Shown here: positions 38,534-51,662 of the stretch, piece after piece
Numbering within the stretch: the stretch's first letter is position 1
How the letters are laid out: each line of letters begins with the position of its first letter
NCBI RefSeq assembly: GCF_018977255.1
Contig: NW_024704743.1
Span: 105,836,001-105,900,000, forward strand
Reading direction: 5' to 3'
DNA length: 64,000 bases
Source of the DNA: Callorhinchus milii
Taxonomy: Eukaryota
Notes under the pieces: model-generated
What the model was told of the DNA's origin: nothing
Seen by the model: only the letters and a program-made list of their open reading frames with translations
The model's database searches: none
Program-made: the position numbers and the translations under genes

Positions 38534-39570
38534 AATTATTTGAACGCCTAAAACCCCTGTGCCAAAGAATGGTGTGCAGAGTGACTGTTTGAGCAGCTCG
38601 AGTTTCCAATGTTTGGAATTATCCGAGCAACACTGTAACTCAGCTCAATCAGGATTAAAAGCATTCGTTGGGGAAAATGGCAAAGCAATGTAAAATATAC
38701 CTCTTGTAGGGAACCCTCACAAGCTCTTAATAATTCACTCAAGGGTTTCAAGAACGCTAACTCAATGTTTTGAACAAATCCAAATTTACAGAATGTCAAA
38801 TGGAGGCAGATCACAAGGCTTCCACCCTCATTACCTGGGAGTCATCTTTGTAGAGAGATAAGGTCAAGAAGCTGATGAGTCACTTCTATTGTACTGTACT
38901 TATGCAAACTATGTGTCAACACTCCCCAGTGGAGGTCAGTCCAATATAATACAATGGGAGCAAGTGAGGTGGAAATTAGCCCTTGATATCAGTGCCTAGG
39001 TTAAAGATTGATTGAAGTCTCACCTGGGAACAATGCCAATCTGCAGATGTTCTCTATAGAAAACTCTTTGACCAGTTCACACATTCCATGTAATCAGGGA
39101 CAGTAACACATTCGTACTTTAGATTTCAATAGAAGGAAAAGTGCTCTAAAAAATAGGCTTCTTTCATCTTCAAAAGCCCAATTTACACAAGTTGAGATAG
39201 AGACCTTCTGCATGCCTTCATTGCAATTCTTTATGTTTGAGTTCTGCTATGTTTATACCTCAGTAAAACCCTGATTTTGAAGTACTATCCCACACAGGCT
39301 CCCAATGTGAGCACGGCTCATACTGAGTAACTCAGGGTTACTCAGTGCATTGAATGCAGGTGACAAATATCAACATCAAGAATGTTTTCAGTAGTAGATG
39401 TAATAGGGAGATAAGAGAGGCCTCTTCAAGCAGTGCATAATGAGAATGTGGAACTCACAGCTGAAAGCTGTGGTTGAAGTGTATTGAAGAGTAAACTCGA
39501 TGCATACATAGAGGGAGATGGGAAGAGAAGGTGCCATATCACTCCATGTAATTCTAATGTAACTTTATTT

Positions 39571-39869
39571 GGAGCTCTGTAACAAGCGAGAGGACCTGGG
39601 TTCGATTCCTGGCAGGTCTATGGTTGGGCAAGTTTCCTTACTCGCCCACAAAATAAACAGTCAATTCACTTTACAGAATATTCCATGAATCACTTTGAGA
39701 TGTCTCGAAGACATAATAAGGCACTATATCAAATGCCAGGATTATTATTATTACTTATTTCACCCACAAAACACATAGTCAATCCACCACAATATATTCT
39801 GTGAAGCGCTTTGAGACCTCTCAATGACGTGATATGGCTCTTTATCAAATGCAAGTATTATTATTATTA
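39571..39869 (+). mobile_element. Internally deleted SINE followed by a second tail-only copy
   Basis: Head joined directly to GCCCACAAA at ~39643; second tail from 39758. Confidence 0.85.
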
Positions 39870-40511
39870 CTTTATGTTTTTATACCTACTGGTTTCCATA
39901 AATCTGAAACACAATAGAGTAGATCCTGATGGCACAGTGGGTCGCGCACTATCTGTGCATTGCTAAGTTAGGTTAGTTTAAAATTACAGTGGGCTTTCTT
40001 CACCTGAGGGCTGGACAATAAGTGCTGCCAAACTGTTGGGACTCTTGACCCTGTTCTTTCTTGACAACTGGATTTCGGTCCTGGCATCACTCCACTGTTG
40101 CCAGGCCTCAACATGGCAGGATTCCAAAGGGCAGACCTGCAGACGATAGCCCTGAAATTTCTTGTGGTCTTGCTTAAAAGCATTGTCAAAAATGTTAAGG
40201 TTGTGTTGCATTCTTAAGTTTGGTCATATTTTGGATGCCAGTTTTCTGCTGTTCTTAAAAAGAAAAATCCTTTATAGGATAATTTTTTTTGGGTGGTGGG
40301 GAACTGTTCTGCTGAAGCATTAGGTATTCACCCACTAACCCCGGCATAATTATGAAACACTGTAAAATTCACCTGTATGTTTGTGAAATAGGCTTTGCTA
40401 TGATGAAGCCATATAATTTTTCAACACTCACTGCCCAGCTCTCAGATAAAAAATAGCTAAGTCTTAGTAACTCCACAGTGCAGGGCTGTTGGCTGTAGCA
40501 CAGTCTTTGCA

Positions 40512-40708
40512 CAACAACAACAAATTACATTTGTAAAGCACCTTTCATGTTTGTAGGACGTTCCAAGGTGCTGCATAATAATCCTTGCAATTGATATAAC
40601 ACCTTATCACGTCGTTGAGCCGTCTCAAAGCCCTTCACAGAATATAGTGTAAAGTGAATTGACTATATATTTTGTGGGCTAAATGCGGCAGCTAATTGCG
40701 CACAGCAG
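40512..40708 (-). mobile_element. L2 tail abutting a truncated SINE
   Basis: (AAC)n L2 tail at 40512-40575, then SINE tail and body. Confidence 0.8.
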
Positions 40709-41509
40709 GGTAACTTCACAAAGTGCAACTCCCACTCTACTTTTGCAGCATGCTGAACAGATACTTGGACCACATGAGGCAAAAGCTGCCAGCGTTAATT
40801 TACTATTTCCTCACTCCATTACTCTGTCTGCCAGTGGTAGTGATTTCTTGAAGATGTCTTTGAGACGTCTCAAAGACGTGATAAGGGGCTATATCAAATG
40901 CGAGGATTTTTATTATTATTATTATTTTTCCTTACTAGTGTGATAGTATTATCAACGCAGAGTAAATGGGGGTGCTGAGCCTATTCTGGAGGCAGCCTTT
41001 GATATAATTTTGTATCCAGGGAACAAGGTATGTCTGTCTAGTGAATTGAAATTCTCCCAGTGCCATCCACTTTGTCCACATGTACAGCTGAATTATTATA
41101 TCAACCCGGCAGTGCAATTACTCACTAAACCATTAGGGGAGCTCTATGTAACAATATTTTCAGGATTGTACTGTATTGTATTGTGATTCTTTGTGGGTGA
41201 CCAGAAAGTAATGTGTAGTTTATCACTGCCGCTGACAAGTCTCTGATTTTTATAGATCTGTGGCTTGATTTGCAGTTCTCAAATATATCCAAACACATAA
41301 AAACTCAATTTCCCATGTGTGGGAAACCATAAACCATCTTGAATGTTATTACTGGGAAAAAGTGCTTCCTAACTGTTAAATTTTTTATATGGCCTTTAGG
41401 GTAACACAGACAAAACCACATAAACACAAACCATTAATATGCTGTCAATCTGGATTAAGAAGATTTGGGTAAATAGTCATTCCACCTCCAGCATTTCAGT
41501 TCTAACTAT

Positions 41510-42005
41510 AGTAATAATAATTCTTGCATTTGATACAGTGCTGTATCATGTCATCAAACCAACTCAAAACGTTTCACAAGATTTTACTGTGACATGTAGT
41601 CACTGTAGATTTGTAGCTGAACATGGAAGTCAATTTGGCACAGCAATGTGCCACAAACAGCCATGAAGTGAATGACAGCTTTACCTCAAGGATTGTTAGC
41701 CAAGACACTGGGAGAAAACCCCTTCTCTTTTCGAATAGTTTCAAGGGATCTTTATTGCCCACCTGATCCCACAGCACTGCTTGAAAGAGAAGAGAATTTC
41801 TCCCGGTGTCCTAGCTAACAATCCTCAAAATAAAAATGAGTCAATCACTTCTTGGCTGTTTGTGGGACATTGTTGTATGCAAATTGGCTGCTGCATTTGT
41901 CTACAAATACACAACCATTTCATTTCACAGCAATTCATGTAAAGTGTTTTGAGACATCTTAATAACATGACAAGGTGCTATATCAAATGCAAGGAATATT
42001 ATTAT
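41510..42005. mobile_element. Head-to-head inverted pair of old DeuSINE halves
   Basis: Minus copy 41510-41766, plus copy 41765-42005. Confidence 0.8.
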
Positions 42006-43614
42006 AGGGTAAAAGCAGAGTTACTACAGTGCTTCTTGACAGAACTGGTGCTAACAAGGTGACATTGCCTGCGCACACTGTCTGCAGGCTGGTGCCAGTT
42101 CATAACTCTGCTCTTATCACTGATGACAGAGTCCCCGCTGTGTCTGTAATGTAACCTCAGTAAGCTCACTGATTATCTTAGTAGCACCCGGAGTGAACTT
42201 TACCAGCTTCACTCTGGGAACTAGTTTAAACCTAGCTTTTCTGGACGGCTTTGAAGATCTACTTGTTGACAGATTGGATAGGCTCTGCTTGATAACCTGC
42301 TGTAAGACCACTAGATCAGATACTGACACATTGTGTGCACACCAGTCTCCACCTCTTGGAAAACTCTCATCCTGTTTGACAAACTCATAGTGCATAAATT
42401 CTCATAGGAATCAATCCATCAGCCTTTCTGTCTATTTCTGCTCCTAATATATAGGGACGGCAACACCCATTTTAGTGCTCTCAAGGAGCTTACAATCATA
42501 TAAAGTTGGCAGTGCTTGATACTTCCAGACTGAAACAAAGCTGGTTTCAATCCAAGTACAAACACGTCAATGTCTATATTATAGAAGCGTCTGCCATGTA
42601 TAGTTTAAAAGGGACTAAGAGGGGTTCTCACCATAGAATGTGATGCCTTTACTCATTTCTCATTTTGTGTGGGGTCATTTGATCGAACAGTGCCATGGGG
42701 TGAGGTGGGCACTATTCAAAAATAGAAGGGGTTTTCTCCCAGTGTTCTGGCCAGCAATCCTTGAGATAAAATTTCTAAAAAATATTTTAGATCCTATTAA
42801 CCGAAGGTGACAAAGATATTCAACTATGAAATAATTTATTGAAGAAAAGACAATCACTTGTTCTTTTGCCAAATGTCATCCAATATTACTTATTCTTTTC
42901 AATGTGGTCAATACAATGTATTGTGAGGCACAGTGAAGTGCAATATTCATCACTGAATTATTTGTTTGTAACCTGCTGAAAATCCAGTGGTTTGAAAACA
43001 CTGATTGGGTAACACCTCAAGAGTGGAGCACATTCAATCTTGAGGTTTTGCCCAGGTAACCATTCGTTTGCAAATCCTACTTTTACAGTGATGAAAAACA
43101 TGGAAATCTTCAGGCTCAATGATTGAGCCAAAGTCATGGAGTTAAATGACTGATTGTATCAGAAGGATTATTGGCCAGGTCACTGAAGTAACTTGTTTCA
43201 AATAGTGACATGGGATTTTTAATGTCACTTGAACAGACAGGCAGGATTCAGTCTGATGTCTCATCTCAGCATGGCTCCTCCGACAATGCAATGTTCCCCC
43301 AGTACAGCACTAGACTTGAGTGTTTTTCCTGCTGCACTTATTTTTAATAATTTTTTTTAACAAAAATAAATGACTACTTTATTTCTGTTAAAAAGCTCAC
43401 TAAATTTCATCGTAACACATTTATTAACTAAATTGCAGATTAAGCCATTTTTTCTTATTCTCTTTTCACACCCATGTATAAATGTTTGGGAAAGGAATAA
43501 GAGACAATGGCATAATCCACCATATGTATAAATATACCAAATACTGTATATATATATATAGTATTGCATCGAGACATTCTATTACATCAAACCCCTCAAC
43601 CCTTTACACTTACA

Positions 43615-44330
43615 TTTTTTATTTGCATTTGACATGGAATCTTATCACATCAAAATGTCTCAAAATGCTTCGCAGGATTTACTGTAGAGTGCAGTAACTA
43701 CATTATGTAGGAAATCATGGAAGCCAATTTGTGTTCAGTAATGTCCCATAAACAACTATGAAGTGAATCATCAATTTTATTGATAGGATTGCTCACTAGG
43801 ACATTGGTGTCGTGGAGTCCTGTAGCTCAGTGGTTAGAGCACTCGCTTTGCAAGTGAGAGACCTGAGTTCAATTCCAGACAGGGCGAAACCTTGGACAAG
43901 TTTCCTTACTCCACACGCCTAATAATAATCCCTCCAAAAAACCAAAAACAATAATTAAATTGGTCATTTTTAATCTACGACTGTTTGTGGGACATTGCTG
44001 TGCGCAATTGGCTGCCGCGTTCGCCCACAAATATACAGTCAATTCACTTTACAGTGTGTTCTGTGAAGCGCTTTGGGACGTCCTCCCGACGTGAAAAGCG
44101 CTATATCAAATGCAAGGATTATTATTATTATTATTATTGGGAGAAACTCCTGTCTCTTTATGAGTAGTACCATGAGATTTTTAACATTCAGCTTGAGATG
44201 CTATCATGTGTGAACAGTGCTATAAATGCAAGTCATTGTTCAACAGCAATTGGTTTAATATTTTGTCTGAAAGATGGCTTCACCAACAATGAAGCCCCCC
44301 TCCCCCCAGCAATTTATTGAAGTGTCAGTA
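43615..44330 (-). mobile_element. Old DeuSINE interrupted by a young SINE
   Basis: AGGACATTGG | GAGAAACTCC continuity across the insert. Confidence 0.75.
43812..44135 (+). mobile_element. Young tRNA SINE, short subfamily, full length
   Basis: Near-identical to 7338-7656; TSD ATTGG at 43803-43807 and 44136-44140. Confidence 0.95.
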
Positions 44331-45474
44331 TATGTTTACCCTTGAGAAGCTCGAAAGTAAAAATAGACACCAAATAATCTTCAGACATAGGGAGGCACAA
44401 GGTGAGTGAACCCTTGTACCATACTGGAACTTTGCTTTAATGGAATCTGCACATTTATGTGCTGTTTACATGACTGTTCAAGCTTCATGAATAAGTAATT
44501 CACCCACATTATCATATACGGGAAGATGGAATGCGGGAAATATGAGAGGAGGAAGCAGAAGCATTGGAGGGAGAAGTTGGGGCAAGGATTGGGGAAGCAA
44601 CAGTATGAGAGAGGGAAGCAAGGTTTGGGACATCTAGAATGATGTGCAGTGGGGCAGTGATGGGGTGGGGAGGAGAATAGCACTGGACTATTGGGACGCA
44701 AGTCTGTAAGTTCATAGCTGCATTAAAAGGCACCAGCATAGATGCTTGTCCTAAAATGCGTTACATTAGTCTAGTCCAAATTAAGAATTAGTAGAGACCA
44801 TGAACACAGATATAAATGGAGCACAATTTTGGGACAATATCAAACAAATGGTTTTCACCATTTAAAAAAAATGTCAAATTATTATCTGATACTTGTCCTG
44901 GGTGCAGAGTCTCTGATTCAGATAGGAGCATTCATTAAACTCTTTACATCTGAAGGATTTAACGCAATCTGTTCTTCAGACGTTTTTTAACTGGTATCTG
45001 GAGGTAGGACTTTTCACTCTGGTTTACGTCTGGAATAGCTTTGCACCTTTCATTTTACAGCCCTATTTACAAACCAAATAAGAATATACCAGTAGTATCC
45101 CTCACGTCTGTCCCAACCCAAACCATGTGCTAGACAATTAACAATTACCAACCCAATGCATATACAGTACTGTGATTTTCCTCAGTGTAGATATGTCTGG
45201 GCATTGAATTTGCTTCTTGGGCCTGCTGGCTCCATTTATCCAGTCGGCTGGAATTGGAGCCCCCAGATAAAGGAAAATAGGGCCCAAACATTCTCTGTTT
45301 GTTGCCTATTTTCCATAGCTGACTTACTCCTGTATGTATTAGGATTTAGGAATGTAGGAACAGGAGTGGCCTATTTGGTCTATCAAGTCACTCCTCATAT
45401 ATTTAATCCCATTTCCCCAATATCCGTGAATACTTTTACCTCCCAAATTGCTAGTACTTTCCCTTTTATAGTAA

Positions 45475-45900
45475 AGATAATCCTTGCATTTGATAAACCA
45501 ATGTGCCTGCCTTTCACATTGGAAAGATGTCTCAAAACACCCTGCAGGGTACACTGTGAAGTGCATTTCTGTGTGTTTTGTAGGTGAACACAGAAGCCAA
45601 TATGCGCACAAAAGTATTACAAACAGCCATGAAGTGAGTGACCGTTTTGTCTCGGGGATTGTTGACCAGGTCACCAGTAGAAACTCCCTTATCTTTTTGA
45701 ATAGCATCATAGGATCTTTAACATCCACTTGAACAGGTGAAAGGACTTTGGTTTAATATTTCATGTGAAGGATGAAGCCTCCAACATTGCAGCACAGCCA
45801 CAACACTGCCTTATACTAAGCACTCAATGACTTGAAGTGGAGTTTAAACCAACAATCTTCTGATTCAAAGGTGAGGCTGCTCCCAATTGAATCAGACTGA
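45475..45900 (-). mobile_element. Old full-length DeuSINE
   Basis: Tail, Deu, Nin-like segment and head. Confidence 0.8.
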
Positions 45901-46364
45901 CACCTATTAGTGTGTTAGAGTTTCAGAGCAAGGATCCCACATATCAACAACTAACAACTAAATTCCCTATTAGTGAGTCTAAATTGCCATTCATGTTGGG
46001 ATTTCAACCCTGATGAGAATCTTCTTTTTGAACCCAAGTGCATTGTCGTTTGCTTGTCAATTTTCAATAAAGGTAGAAATGTCTTTTTTAACAAAAAAAA
46101 TGCTATTCCTACAATTCGCAATGGAACTACTCACATGTCACCATCAAGGAAAACCATTTAAAGTTATATATTTTGTTAGCAAATAATATAAATGACATTG
46201 AATGCATAATTGCATAATTTTCATTGCAATCTAAATCCTTATCACACCTCAGTTTCTTTCCCACATATAATAATAATAATAATAATAATAATAAACAAAA
46301 CTGTATTTGTAATGCAATTTCATTTTTAATTGATATTTGTCATCTTGGACCTTAATAAGATTTC

Positions 46365-46725
46365 AGCCTGGCTCATTTGCAGCACTCCCATATCAGGCTT
46401 TGTCTTAGCTGACAATCTAATAGTGTTGGAGAGGCACTGTATTGTCAGGTGTGCCATCTTTCAGATGAGATGTTGAACTGCTTGTTCAGGTGGACTTTAA
46501 AGATCCCAAGGCACTTTGGAAAAGAAGGGAGTTTCTTCCGGTGGCCTGGCCAACAATCCCCACATAAAATTGATCATTCACTTCATGGCTGTTTGTGGAA
46601 TAATGCTGTATGCAAACTGGCTACCGTATTCACCTGCAAAATACACAGTCACTACATCCTATTGTAAATCCTGCAGACATTCTCCTGACATGAAAGCACT
46701 ATATCAAATACTATTATTATTATTT
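46365..46725 (+). mobile_element. Old DeuSINE
   Basis: CAGATGAGATGTTGAAC...AAAGATCCC...GGCTGTTTGTGG. Confidence 0.8.
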
Positions 46726-46953
46726 TAGGTACCTGTTATTTTGCTGCTACAATCACATAACATTCCACGCTAATATTTATGCAATAAAATATGTTGAATG
46801 CTATGGTAAGTGTGTGCATGCAAGAATCTTAAACATACAATAACGTAAAATCAACCCGTTCAAGCAGCCACCTCCATTCAGTAAACACTCCGGAAAAGCC
46901 TGGAAATCCTGGTTCGAACACCAACAAACCCTTACTCAGAGGCCATTCTTATA

Positions 46954-47326
46954 TAATAATAATAATCCTTGCAATTGATATAGTACTTTATCACGTCTTC
47001 AAGACATCTCAAAGCGCTTCACAGAATATACTGTAAAGTGAATTGACTGTATATTTTGTGGGCAAAATGCAGCAGCAGATTGCTCACAGCAGTGTCCCAC
47101 AAACAGTCGTGGATTGAGTGACCAAATTATTATTTTTTTTGAAGGAATTATTATCCCTGGAAAAGTGATCCACCAATTGACTAACAACTGGGTTCCTACT
47201 TACTGCTAGGTAAGCAGAGGCATTTGGAGTAAGGAAATTTGCCCAACCTTTTCCCTTGCTGGGAATCGAACCCAGGTCTCTAGCTTGCGAGGCGACTGCC
47301 CTAACCACTGAGATACAGCACTCCAC
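46954..47326 (-). mobile_element. tRNA SINE, long subfamily, full length
   Basis: Head, GGGTTCCTACTTACTGCTAGGTAAGCAGAGGCA, Deu segment, tail. Confidence 0.9.
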
Positions 47327-47541
47327 ATATGGTGCCACTTTGGCCCAATCCCCTGAGTGGTTGTTGAAGACAGGTTTGACTGTTTTGTGTATTGGTGCAC
47401 TATACACATGTTCACAATCAAAGTAAATTAGAGTGTAATTTGGACAAATTCGCCTACAAAATACATTGTCTCTACACTTCAAAGGATATCCTGTGAAGCG
47501 CTTTGAGACGTTCTCTTGATGTGAAAGGTGCTACATCAAAC

Positions 47542-47760
47542 AATAATAATCCTTGCATTTGATATAGCGCCTTGGGACGTCCTCCCGACCTGAAAGGCGC
47601 TCTATAAATGCAATCTTGTTGTTGTTGTTATCACATTGTTGAGATGTCTCAAAGCACTTCACAGAATATTCTGTAAAGTGGATTGCCTGTGTATTTTGTG
47701 ACAGCAGTGTCCCATGAACAGTTGTGGATTAAGTGACCAAACTATTATTCTTTTTTGAGG
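47542..47760 (-). mobile_element. SINE 3' part with a 62-bp L2 tail inserted (47566-47627, +)
   Basis: GATATAGCGC | CTTGGGACGTCC...TTGTTG | TTATCAC. Confidence 0.85.
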
Positions 47761-48224
47761 GATGTAAGGATTATTTTTATTATTATTAAATCAAGCAAAG
47801 GAGGGCAAAGAAAAATCAAAGTAACATTTGTATCATCTTACACATACTCAGGTTACTGGCTCAAGAGTATCATTGGTAAATACTCAAGACAAGTCCATCT
47901 GTCTTCTCGGCTGTAGGTAGTCTTGATAATACAAGAGAAAGTGAAATAACTTGAAAAACAAAGGGCTGTCTCCTCTCCCCCAACAGAAACAAAAGTTGGG
48001 TGTATTTTGTAGTGGTGTATACTTAATAGTATCAAGATTAACACAACAATTCACATGCTGTAGGACTATATCCACTGTAGTCCTTGCGGGGTTGGTAAAT
48101 AGAAACTAGCTCAAAGTCCGAATGCCCAGCCTTAGTCAGACACATACGGACAGAGTGAAAGACTTCCATTTTCACCTGAGATAATGTGTCTGGGGAAATC
48201 AACAATTCTAGATGACTATCTAGG

Positions 48225-48530
48225 GGGCGAGCTGAAGGGGTTGAGGGAGCGAGTTCCAAAGTTTTGGGGTGTAGCAGCTGAAGGCACAGCTGCCGATGGT
48301 ACAAAGTGTGGTGCGGGTGAGAATGCGGGCGGCGGAGTTTTGAATGAGCTGGATTTTGTGAATAGTGGAGGAGGGGACACAGTGAGTAGGGCATTAGAGT
48401 AGTCCAGCCGAGAGTTGACAAAGACATGACAAGGGTTTTGGCAGCTTTTGGTGTGAGGTATTGTCGGAGACGGGCATCTGGTACCAGGGCAATGTGGCAG
48501 AAGTGGAAGAAAGTGGTGCTGGTCAGGGAG
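48225..48530 (-). mobile_element. L2 ORF2 fragment
   Basis: HVFVNSRLDYSNALL; RLRQYLTPKAAKTL. Confidence 0.85.
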
Positions 48531-48657
48531 TGCCAAACCTTACCATTGGTAAGCACTCTGAGATGTTATCCTATGTGAATGGCTCAATATAAACGCAAGT
48601 TGTTGTTCTTGATGCTACTGTAAGTTCTGGCAGCAATAGAAATGGACTGCTTTCTAC

Positions 48658-48658
<1 letters not shown>

Positions 48659-48693
<35 letters not shown>
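48659..48693. repeat. (TTA)n microsatellite
   Basis: Seen directly in the sequence. Confidence 0.9.
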
Positions 48694-48695
<2 letters not shown>

Positions 48696-49025
48696 TGGAA
48701 GAGGTCCTGGTTAGTGGCTCTTTACTTGTATTGTTTCAGTTCCACGCACAAACTGAGACCCGATGTGATGAGGTCACGCATTGTTCACCACAACCTTTTC
48801 ACATCTGGAGTCCACCTGGAGCTGGACCGGTAATGAGGGAGGTGAAGCTACCAGAGACCAAGAACCGCACTGGAATGTCAAGTAAGGTTATTCTCTGGCC
48901 TCTGCTAACTTGATTTCACGTCAGGACCAGGTCACTACAGGGTGTGAAAGTGAACTGAGTATGCTGGTATATGTGACATCCATAGGTATCAGAACATGAA
49001 GGTGCCTACACTCAGACATCATCTC

Positions 49026-49520
49026 AACAACGACGACAACAACAACAACAACTTGCACTTATATAGAACCCTCAACGCCAGACGGCGTCTCAGAGTACTT
49101 AACAATGGCGGAGCCCAAGGCCGAGCCAGTGGAAGGGTGAAGGTGACTGTAGGTGCGGTTGAAAAGGAAGGTCTTCAGGCATGACCTGAAGATGGGGAAG
49201 GAGGGGATGAGGCAAGGGTTGAGGGAGGGAGTTCCAAAGTTTCGGGCCGTAGTGGTTGAAGGCATGACCGCCGATGGTGAAACGGAGGATTCAGGGGACG
49301 AGGAGGAGGCCGGACCCAGTAGAGCGGTGGCAGTGGGTGCCGCTGTGGGAAGAGAGCAGGTTAGAGGGATAGGGCAGTGCCAAGGAATGGAGGAATTTAA
49401 ACACTAGAGTGAGAATCTTGAAGTCGATCAGGGAGGCAGTGGAGTTTGGCAAGGACTGGAGTAATCGAGGTACGAAGTTTGGTGCGGGTGACAATGTAGG
49501 CGGCGGAGTTTTGAATGAAT
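49026..49520 (-). mobile_element. L2 3' fragment
   Basis: IDFKILTLVFK; FRSCLKTFLF; (AAC)n tail. Confidence 0.9.
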
Positions 49521-50999
49521 CTGTACATTTAGTGACTGAGCGTGACTTAGAAGTAGTTGAATGTAGGACTGAAAGCTGCTACAAAAGTTCATCTGTCTTT
49601 GCTGCTCATGGGGCTGCCACTGCTTCTCATTAGATGACATAACTAAATGACATAAACTAAAATTCCACATATGTGCTTACAATTCTCTGGTTTTCTTTTC
49701 AAATTTTCAAAATTGGTTACTCACTTCATGGTTGTTTGTAGGACAATTGCTGTTCACAAACTTGCAGCCGCATTCTGCCCACAAAATCCAATCATTCCAC
49801 TTTACAATATATTCTGTAAAGCACTTTCAGACATCTTGATACTTCATAAAGGTTATTATTGCTATTGTATTATTATATGTTACAGTACTTGTATTTGATA
49901 TAATAGAATGTTATCATATCTCAATGTCTGAAAAAGCTTTGCACACAAACAGTTACTTTCAAGGGTAGTCCAACAGGAAATCTGTATTGTTAAGGAAGTC
50001 TCAGTCCCCTTGTTTGAGTGATTCGGTGATCATGCCACTAGTTGAAAAGTCAGGAGATTATATAACTGCACAGTGGATTTTTCCTTTGCAAACTGTGTCA
50101 TACAAGCCTTATCTGGTTGGCAAATTCCCAGCCTTGGATTTGTTGTCAGCAAGTGATCGAACTTGTCAACAAATTCCAAAATGTAAATCAAAGAGCTGGT
50201 GTGATTGTTTTTCTTCTGGCAAGCAAGCCGGATCAGCAAGACAGCCTGCTTCAGTTAGGTTAGTACTACTCTTTGGGTTAGATGGTTGTGGGTTCAACTG
50301 ACTTTGAGCTCAGAGACCCTGCTAATCTTCCAGTGTAAGGTTGGGACAGCAATGCAATGTTGAAAGTGTTGTCTTTCAGACTGAGATGTTTAACCAAGCT
50401 CCTGTCTGATTGTTGAGGTGTACATAAAGAACATACTGTATACACTCATACACTCTTTGAAAAACTAGAATGTTGGTGTCCTGGGCAATAATGTTGCGCA
50501 AAATAGATCATTTACTCTATGGTTGTTTGTGGGAAATTGCTGTGTGCAAATCCTTGATGGGCCACGGGAACTTTGGCTGAAGCAGTAGGAAATGATCTAG
50601 ATGCAAAAGATACCAGTTGTCCATTTTATCAGCTTGATTTCCCTACCCTGTACTAGGATCCCACCCTTTTCCACTGTTGGGACACACAATCCGTCTTTTG
50701 TTTATCTCTATATTGTTGTTGCCAGTAGCAAGAAATGGACAAACTTTATCGGGGGCACTGCAGTTTACTCCTACAGTTACCAGCTATTCAGATCTAGTTC
50801 ACTTCCCTTCTGAGATGGGAGGTCACCTCTAGGCTTTGTGCTGTGCTTCATTAGGCAGCAAGGGCAGGAACGGTTATGACTCACAGAAACAAGGTCAGTG
50901 AGCTAGGAGAATAGAAACCTTGGGATTTGCACATGTGACCATTTATTGAGGAACTAAGCAGTACATTCCATCAACTGCTTGTTATAATAATATATAATA

Positions 51000-51240
51000 A
51001 TTAATTTATTACATTTGATATAACGCTTATCACATCATTGAATGTCTCAAAATGTTGCACAGAATGTTATTTTTAGTGTAGTCACTGTGCATTTCTAGGT
51101 GAACCTGGCAGCCAATTTACGCATAGCAATGTCTCACAAATAGCCATGAAGTGAGTGACAATTTTTTTTATTTGTTGGCTAGGTTATCGGAAGAAACTCC
51201 CGTCTTATTTTGAATAGTGCCACAGAATCTTAACATCAAA
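51000..51240 (-). mobile_element. Old DeuSINE
   Basis: GGCAGCCAATTT...AGCAATGTCTCACAAATAGCCATGAAGTG. Confidence 0.75.
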
Positions 51241-51662
51241 ATCGGCCACTTACATGGAATTTAAATCATGAATATTTTGTCACTCTTTACCTTTTACTAA
51301 GATAGTGACTGACAGGCCACACACCTCCATAGAATTGCTTTGAGACAAATTAGATGCAGTATTGAGGTGAGGTGATGGATTAATAGCTCTGATGCTATCT
51401 CATTCTTGCACCTTCCTGATCCCTGACCAGCATCTTGTGACGTCCTCCTGACATGAAAGGCGCTTTACAAATGTAATTTTATTGTTGTTGTTGTTGTTTG
51501 GCAGGAAATGTTCTGGAGTAATTAGATAATTAAAGAAATTAGTGTAGGTAATTAGAGATAAATTGAGTTAAGGGTTATTGGATGAACTAGTTATACTCCA
51601 TATAATTAAATTGGTAGCTAACCACCAAGATCTTAGCATAAACTTTGCATTTGTGTGTCTGG

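Noticed and set aside
39968..40211. Two overlapping minus-strand ORFs with possible splice sites
   Set aside because: No recognisable protein, weak polypyrimidine tract, weak donor
48740..48829. 90-bp plus-strand exon candidate
   Set aside because: Modest splice sites and no recognisable peptide in the open frames
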